A DNA stretch of 64,000 nucleotides, taken from Adineta vaga. Its lineage: Eukaryota > Animalia > Rotifera. Positions 58,691 to 64,000 of this stretch are shown one piece after another. The notes under the pieces are model-generated. The model did not search any database. It was given only the letters and a program-made list of their open reading frames with translations, and was not told the DNA's origin. The stretch spans positions 7,440,001-7,504,000 of the forward strand of contig CP075496.1 of the NCBI GenBank assembly GCA_021613535.1, read 5' to 3'. Numbering within the stretch: position 1 is the first letter of the stretch; the number at the start of each line of letters is the position of its first letter. The position numbers were made by a program, and so were the translations under genes.

Positions 58691-58932
58691 ACATAATTCA
58701 GTTATTTCGTAAATCTTTTTTCAGTGTAACACTTTTAAAAGATTAAAATTAAAACTAAAGACTAAATATAAATAAACCTTAATAATAATGAGAAATAGGT
58801 ACAACGAAGCGTCTTAACGTTTTTCATTGTTTGAAGACTTCTAATTAAAACGTAGGTAAAGTTAGCACCATATTCGAGTATTTTTTGGCCAGATTTGCCT
58901 GTAAACTTGTGCTGGTCTCTGAAAAGGTCGTG

Positions 58933-59333
58933 TTGGATGCAGAATTTAATTCTCTATCGAATGGTGTTATTTTCTAACAGGATCATCGGGAGAAAAAAAA
59001 CCATACACCCACGTCCCAAACCCACAGCCTCACCCACAAGAGCAATTTGAGTTATGTTAGATTCTCCCGTTGTTTCTGGTGAATCTGTATGTAAGTTCAT
59101 CACTGCATGTAACAATTTAATATTTTTAATCATCTCGCCGTAAGTAGATAAAACATGAATATCATTTTCTTTAATTAATTGTTCAATTAAATTTTGTATA
59201 TTCTTACGACCAGATGTTTTTTTTATCAGCGTAAAGCTAGCACGGCAAAACAAAGATTCAAAATTTTTTCTAAAACATAAGTTCCGTTCATAAAAACGAG
59301 TTCATTCGATTAAGAATTTAACTCTGCATCGAA
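58933..59333. mobile_element. ~400 bp unit bounded by 31-bp imperfect inverted repeats (MITE-like relic)
   Basis: 58933-58963 TTGGATGCAGAATTTAATTCTCTATCGAATG versus reverse complement of 59303-59333 TTCGATGCAGAGTTAAATTCTTAATCGAATG: 26/31 identical. Confidence 0.5.
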
Positions 59334-59973
59334 TGGTGATAGTTTTATTCATGGGACAAACATTGGAAAAACTTTACGTCTTTATTTTTCTTCCATACGT
59401 ATATTTATAAAAGAAGAAAAAATCTTGAGGGTGTGGATGTCAATTTACCCTGTACTCACATCCTTGAAATTTATTTATTCAATCAGAAATTCAACAATAT
59501 CGATTAGGTATGCACCCAGTTGGACCGGTACCCAGATGGTTCCTAGTCGAACTGTACTGGTACATGTCTAGTATCGATTAGTAAACTGATCTTCATTAAC
59601 ATAAGTAAAATATTGTTTAAAAACATACTTATAAGTTACTCAAATCTTTGTACAGTTCTATGTAGAAATAATAACAAAAAATTCTTGTTTTATAATCAAA
59701 TGTTAAAGCCACTGGTGAAGAAAATGTAAATGATTATTTCATACTTGATATTCGAAAAGAATCATAAACATGAGTATCTTATAATAGACTTCATAAATCT
59801 ATTAATCATCTCGATAAGATGAAGAATTGTATTCATAATAGCAAGTTTGACATGTTTTTTTTCTTTTTCTTATTTCAGTCTTCGACTGTATGATGTTAAT
59901 GTAGTCACCGGTGTCATTCTGCAAACAAATACTGAGACTCCATTGAAGAAAAACAGCTTGAAAGACAGACATA

Positions 59974-60024
59974 TTCCGAAGAATGTTATTCATGACGTCA
60001 AACGGAAGAGGAATGTGTATAAAA
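59974..60024 (+). promoter_or_regulatory. Putative core promoter of the ART-TPR gene
   Basis: TTC-N4-GAA (59974-59983), perfect CRE TGACGTCA (59993-60000), CGGAAG ETS-like core (60003-60008), TATAAAA (60018-60024) about 50 nt before ATG 60072. Confidence 0.55.
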
Positions 60025-60071
60025 AGCACTGCAATATGTTGTTAATGTGCAAAAACAGAATACATATATCG

Positions 60072-61712
60072 ATGTCGAACATAAAATCGAATTCAAAGAA
60101 TACTAAACGAAGAATAAATGAAATTAATCAATCATTATCGATCAATATATTTAAACCAATAAATGAAAAGCTTGGAACATTAAAAGGACTTAATGATGGA
60201 TTTATACATTATCAAATCTTAACGGATGTACTTCTACGTATGAAAATAACTAATGAGGATTTTTATGAATTAATGTGTTTATGTCGTAGTGAAATAAATA
60301 ATGATCAAGATGAATTGAAAATTCTTCATGAATTTCAAGAAACTTATTCTTCAACTCAAGCATTATGGTGGTATACAAGAGAATCATTTGTTTACCTTCT
60401 ATTAAATCTCGCATTACGTTTTCAAGATATTGACCTTCTATATTTATTTCGATTTTTTATATGTGATTTACAAAATCAATTGAAAATCTATCAATGTACA
60501 GAATCGATTCGTGTTTATCGCGGTCAGTATATGTCGGAAGAAGAATTACAAATACTTAAAAGTTCTCTCGGACAATTTATCTCAACGAATGCATTCTTAT
60601 CAACAAGTATTAGTATGGATGAAGCTTTATCCTTTCTTGATCATAAACTTCTTACAGATAATTTTCAACGTGTTTTATTCGTTATCGATGCTAATCCTAA
60701 AATCAAAGGAATTAAACCATTTGCTAATATTGCATCACAAAGTTATTTTCCTGATGAACAAGAAATTTTATTTATGATTGGATCAATCTTTCAAATTATG
60801 AAAATTTATTTTTCGAATAAAGAAAATGTTTGGATAATTCATATGACTTTATCAAATGATTCGAAACATGAATTGAAATCTGTATTTGATTTGATGAAGA
60901 ATGAATATGGTGCTGGAGAAACAGGTCTTTTATCTTTAGGTCGAATTCTACGACAAATGGGCAAATTTGATCAAGCCGAAAAGTTTTATCAACGATTTCT
61001 AGATGAAAAACAAGACGAGAATGATCAAAATCTAGCACAATGTTATCATTTACTTGGAAATAATGCTTTTGATCAAGGAAAATATGTTCAAAGTTTTAAA
61101 TATCATTTAAAATCTTTAGAAATCAAAAAAGAAAATTTTCCATCAAATGATCCAAGTCTTGCCTATAGTTTAAATAGTCTTGGTATTGTTTCATGGAAGA
61201 AAGGAAACAAAGAACAAGCACTTGGATATTACCAACAAGCATTACATATCTGGATCGAAGCATATGGTGAAGATGATCTACGAGTGGCTATGTGCTATAA
61301 TAATATTGCTATTATTTATGATGATGAGAAGAATTATTTTCAAGCATTAGAATATTATGAGAAAACTTTATCGATTCGTTTAAAACATCTTCCGAAAGAA
61401 CATTATCAAATCGGTGATATTTATAATAATATTGGTACTGTTCATCATTCTCTCAATCATTTGGATCTTGCTTTAGAATACTTGCATGGTTCATTAGAGA
61501 TTTTTGAAAAAATCCTTACATCAAAACATCCATCAATTGCATCGACATGTAAAAATATTGGGATTATTTATGAAATGAAAAAGAATTTTATTGATGCATT
61601 AAGATTTTATAATAAAGCTGAAAATATTTTTCATCAAACATTAACAAATCAACATTCGGATGTGATAGAAATTAATCGATTGATTCGACGTGTTACTTCG
61701 CAACTCACATAA
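60072..61712 (+). CDS. R-S-E class ADP-ribosyltransferase fused to C-terminal TPR repeats, intronless
   Basis: ALWWYTRESFVY.LLN.ALR, VYRGQ (R), FLSTS (S), FPDEQEILF (ExE), then ~7 TPRs (LAYSLNSLG, VAMCYNNIA, IGDIYNNIG, IASTCKNIG). The ORF is open from 59847, but the TATA position favours ATG 60072. Confidence 0.9.
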   Translation: MSNIKSNSKNTKRRINEINQSLSINIFKPINEKLGTLKGLNDGFIHYQILTDVLLRMKITNEDFYELMCLCRSEINNDQDELKILHEFQETYSSTQALWWYTRESFVYLLLNLALRFQDIDLLYLFRFFICDLQNQLKIYQCTESIRVYRGQYMSEEELQILKSSLGQFISTNAFLSTSISMDEALSFLDHKLLTDNFQRVLFVIDANPKIKGIKPFANIASQSYFPDEQEILFMIGSIFQIMKIYFSNKENVWIIHMTLSNDSKHELKSVFDLMKNEYGAGETGLLSLGRILRQMGKFDQAEKFYQRFLDEKQDENDQNLAQCYHLLGNNAFDQGKYVQSFKYHLKSLEIKKENFPSNDPSLAYSLNSLGIVSWKKGNKEQALGYYQQALHIWIEAYGEDDLRVAMCYNNIAIIYDDEKNYFQALEYYEKTLSIRLKHLPKEHYQIGDIYNNIGTVHHSLNHLDLALEYLHGSLEIFEKILTSKHPSIASTCKNIGIIYEMKKNFIDALRFYNKAENIFHQTLTNQHSDVIEINRLIRRVTSQLT

Positions 61713-63241
61713 TAATTACTTCTTCTTCTTCTTTTACGACGATGAATTTTCGAAGTATTTTAATCGTCTTTCATATAATTTTTATAAAGCATTGTTATTT
61801 AACAATAAGTGTTTCTTGTTATTTGTAAAAATAATGATACAGTCAGTTAATGTACTCTTCTATTGCGTTTTAATCTTTTGTTCTGTAGAATAGAACAACG
61901 AGTATGTGAATGGGAAAGATAAATACTTATGAAATAATCGAAATTGATTTGTTAGTATTCATTAGAACTAAAAGGTTTGCTTCGCAATTTTCTTTTTACT
62001 ACCCTTTTCAGACATACATTTTCTAACTTACACTCATTTAATCTTCTTCTTGTTCTTTTTCTTCAATTGTGACATCGTCGCACGTCGACCTCTTAACTGA
62101 TAAAAGTAATTCACACAATGGTCATAACAGTAGTATATAAATATGCGATATGAATCATAATCTTGACTCTACAATAGATTACATATCAGCTTGGAAAAAA
62201 TGAAATACAAGTTGAAGATTTCGGATGTAAATGATATTAAATTCTTTCATCATTATCTCATGGATAAAAGATAATGAAATAAAAGTGATGGAATATGCAA
62301 CAATGTCTCTTCAAAATGTTTACTTAACGCAACACTTGATTTATTGAAAGAAAAGAAAACGTCTTGTTTTAAATAACAATTTAATAGAATTGAAATGCTT
62401 ATTGATAGACAATTCAATGAAATATCATTCAGATTCGTGATTATACAATCCTGTTGCATGATAATGTCATTGCTATTGGCACAACTTTTGTAACATTGTA
62501 TGATCAGAATACGGAAATACATGCAATTATCAGAATTACCAGACTTTTTCACAACATATAGATAAATGTTAATTGATTAAGAACAGATTGATGTTTTTTT
62601 TTCTCTCACTTATAATTAATCAATTAGATATCTCGAAGACTAGTGGAACGTGTATTGATTTTCATTGTCAAGCTCGACTGACATGCAATTATGAACATCA
62701 GATCATTTCAGATGATCCTAGGAAACAGTTAAATTATAAGAATAAGAAGATGAAGTAGAACTTTTCTTCTCTCTTTCGTCTGAAAGGTAATAGAGGGAAA
62801 AAAACAATTAGTAATAGTTTAACCACAAGAGAAATTGACAAAAGAAGGGCAGATTTTTTTTCTCCTTCCTTTTTTTCCTTCTCTCTCTATTCTAGAATGA
62901 ATTTTTTGTTCGTTATCGCAGTCCCGACAATGTCGCGCGATGCGATGAACAACACCCTATATCGATGCCGTCTAGAAGGCATAAAAACAAGAAAATATAT
63001 ATTGAGACACAGCTCTCATCTTCTCTTCTTTGCTACCCGTTCACGTTCTTTTCTTTTTCTGTGTTCTCTTCTTTCGTTCAGATCAAGAAATTTGATGCGT
63101 CTCTCTCTCTCTCTTTCTGTCCTATACACATACACATGGCATTATTACCCTACGACATACTGACAGCGTCTCCATTCGTTTTTTTCAATTGATCTCAACT
63201 TGGAAGCAAGTGTCGCCAAATGATGCAAATAATCGGTGGTC

Positions 63242-63388
63242 ATGAGTAATGAAAACGATTCGAAATGGTCACCCAAAATGTTAATGACATGGGCAATTTT
63301 AATTGATATTGGTGTACTTATTTGCTTGTTCATCATGCCTCTATGCAAATTAATTCAAGATATTTTTCAACTAATCTATCTCATCATT
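63242..63388 (+). CDS. Possible first coding exon (hydrophobic N-terminus) of a gene running off the window
   Basis: MSNENDSKWSPKMLMTWAILIDIGVLICLFIMPLCKLIQDIFQLIYLII then a strong GTAAGT donor; CT-rich promoter-like DNA upstream. Confidence 0.35.
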
Positions 63389-64000
63389 GTAAGTCGTTTT
63401 TCTCGCATATTATTTTCATTCAGATGATTTACAATAGAACGACAGAAATTATTCTTCCATTGTATTTTATGTAGCTATGAATGCAAATCGATTTATCAAT
63501 TGAGGGATTGAAAAATAAGCAAGACTTCATTTTCGAATGAGAAATGAAGTTTAAAAAAACACCAAACGAGATCGATATTGAATGATAACGAAAAAAAGAA
63601 ATCGAACAAATCTTTTCAATTGTTGTGACAGTTACGATTAACAATCAGTTTGTGTGATGTTTGATCAATGAGTATCATTATCATAGATGTGTCGTGTCTA
63701 AACAAGATTTGCGTAAAATAAATAGATTGTTAATTTTATTATCTCGAGATGTCATCAACGAAGATTTTTATGACGTAGACAGTTGTACTTAGAAGAAAAA
63801 AAAATTTTGCACATCTGTTGATAGTTGGATCGCGTAAATATTAGAATTGAAAGTTACAGCATAAGACAAGTGATTGACTTTTATGAAATATAAATGAAAT
63901 GAAATGAAGTGAAGAATATTATTCAAGATCGATTATTAAGAGAAAAGCTTGACACTGTCAGTATCCTGATTGAACTTCGAGAGTTCATTTAAGACATGAG

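Noticed and set aside
59847-60071. First 75 codons of the 621-aa ORF
   Set aside because: They begin at a non-ATG codon and overlap CRE/TATA promoter motifs; probably an untranslated open frame.

Overview
AT-rich eukaryotic (animal) genomic DNA with many short (~45-60 nt) GT-AG introns. Gene content and style (intronless ADP-ribosyltransferase-TPR gene, NR1J-type receptor, intron-bearing genes of bacterial/plant type) suggest a bdelloid rotifer; this is an inference. About 22 protein genes were reconstructed by hand: a Sidestep-like Ig/FN3 receptor, three tandem PLAC8/cornifelin genes essentially missed by the ORF track, IRF2BP, glutathione reductase, CTP synthase, a divergent class I aldolase, a beta-hydroxyacid dehydrogenase, TMEM205, a Rab, alkaline ceramidase, DTL/Cdt2, RPS17, PPP1R11, ARL6, TRAPPC8, a fibrinogen-domain protein, AOAH, an HR96-like receptor and an ART-TPR protein, plus a repeat/pseudogene nest at about 57.4-59.6 kb. 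Main candidates for follow-up: (1) two runs of co-oriented, unrelated genes 134-365 bp apart; four of the five junctions read poly(A) hexamer, then 3' splice acceptor, then ATG, as expected for a trans-spliced operon or shared leader exon; (2) an aldolase that has lost 6-phosphate-site residues and the C-terminal Tyr tail; (3) two likely horizontally acquired oxidoreductases; (4) frame-preserving cassette/micro-exons; (5) an ART-TPR gene with a compact inducible-looking promoter. No rRNA, tRNA or CRISPR was seen.
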